The translations under genes were made by a program, and so were the position numbers. From the IMG/VR virus record IMGVR_UViG_3300033997_000243, positions 62,001-126,000 of that record: DNA of 64,000 nt; one strand, 5' to 3'. The notes under the pieces were generated by a model, which saw only the letters and a list, made by a program, of their open reading frames with translations, was not told the DNA's origin and searched no databases. Shown here in pieces: positions 63,383 to 64,000 of the stretch; position 1 is the stretch's first letter, and each line of letters begins with the position of its first letter.

Positions 63383-63979
63383 TTAGTTATCCTGTAAATA
63401 TTTTGATTTGAAGTCCTCTGGATAAATTCCAGAACCGCATAATATCCGCGCTTTAGCTATATTATTAAATATAAGCGCTTTGTTTGGAAATTCTGAAAGC
63501 AAGCTGCATAAATTTTCAGAATGGCGTAGAAGTATTTCTTGTATAAGATAATAAAACTCACTCATTTTTTCAGTGGATAGTGAAGAACATACTTCATGTA
63601 TTAAACTTTCTATATTAACGTCAATGTCGTTGTGTTCTTCACGTTCTGATCTTAATCCACCTACATCAAATAGTACACTTTGCATAACACTGGCCGTATT
63701 TGCCAAACTTTTTAATATTGGAAAATGACCATACAATGCAATTGGGTTCAGACCTTCGATTTCCTCGGCAGCAACCGAACAAATTTTATGAATGTTTTCT
63801 AAATACAACTCAGTTAATTTCTTAAAGCGTTTTTTGGACGATGTATCTGGATCGTCTTTCTCAAGTAAAATACTTTGATATAGCAGATGACACGTTATTG
63901 ACCAGTTTCCGAATTCGTTGAGAACATGAAGGACTTTTTGAATTTGAAGCATCTTCACGAACATTGTTTCTTTTTTCAT
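63383..63979 (-). CDS. Hypothetical protein
   Basis: SD GAGGTGAG. Confidence 0.7.
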   Translation of the reverse strand: MKKETMFVKMLQIQKVLHVLNEFGNWSITCHLLYQSILLEKDDPDTSSKKRFKKLTELYLENIHKICSVAAEEIEGLNPIALYGHFPILKSLANTASVMQSVLFDVGGLRSEREEHNDIDVNIESLIHEVCSSLSTEKMSEFYYLIQEILLRHSENLCSLLSEFPNKALIFNNIAKARILCGSGIYPEDFKSKYLQDN

Positions 63980-64000
63980 TACTCACCTCATTTATACTGT

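Overview
This AT-rich window is part of a large contractile-tailed (jumbo myovirus-like) phage genome. The host is probably a gammaproteobacterium, judged from the host-like GroEL/GroES and HDOD genes. From 1 to about 44150 all credible genes are on the + strand. They comprise a cluster of very basic hypothetical proteins, an extremely acidic prohead scaffold, a decoration-like protein, the major capsid protein, tail sheath, two tube-like proteins, tape measure, baseplate hub and spike, and then a mixed late block (STAS-like, GNAT, Acb1-like 2H phosphodiesterase, MmcB-like nuclease, HDOD, topoisomerase IB-like, ART-like, DUF6527-like). From 44241 to the end all credible genes are on the - strand: groEL-groES, SLOG/DprA-like, DHH-DHHA1, HAD, two DNA methyltransferases, a 2OG-Fe(II) oxygenase-like protein, an HD phosphodiesterase and many hypotheticals. 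Convergent terminators separate the two arms. From memory, the capsid/tail module resembles the PaBG/Lu11/RSL1/Erwinia Y3-type jumbo phages; this was not checked by search. The most striking signal is a shared leader of about 8-11 aa (M-K/R/I-I-x-hydrophobic-S-x-S-small, e.g. MKIRVFISES, MKILISLSG) on about 15 otherwise unrelated + strand proteins, including the topoisomerase and the ART-like enzyme. The same S-x-S (mostly SES) motif is repeated through the scaffold and the capsid N-terminus. This suggests a capsid-targeting and maturation-cleavage system that loads a protein cargo into the head. Two intergenic structured RNA candidates also stand out: one carries a 15-nt perfect complement of the 16S rRNA 3' end plus a pseudoknot, and one follows the capsid gene. 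Two candidate phage promoter motifs were found. No tRNA, rRNA, CRISPR array or IS element was seen. All family assignments are by motif recognition, without database searches.
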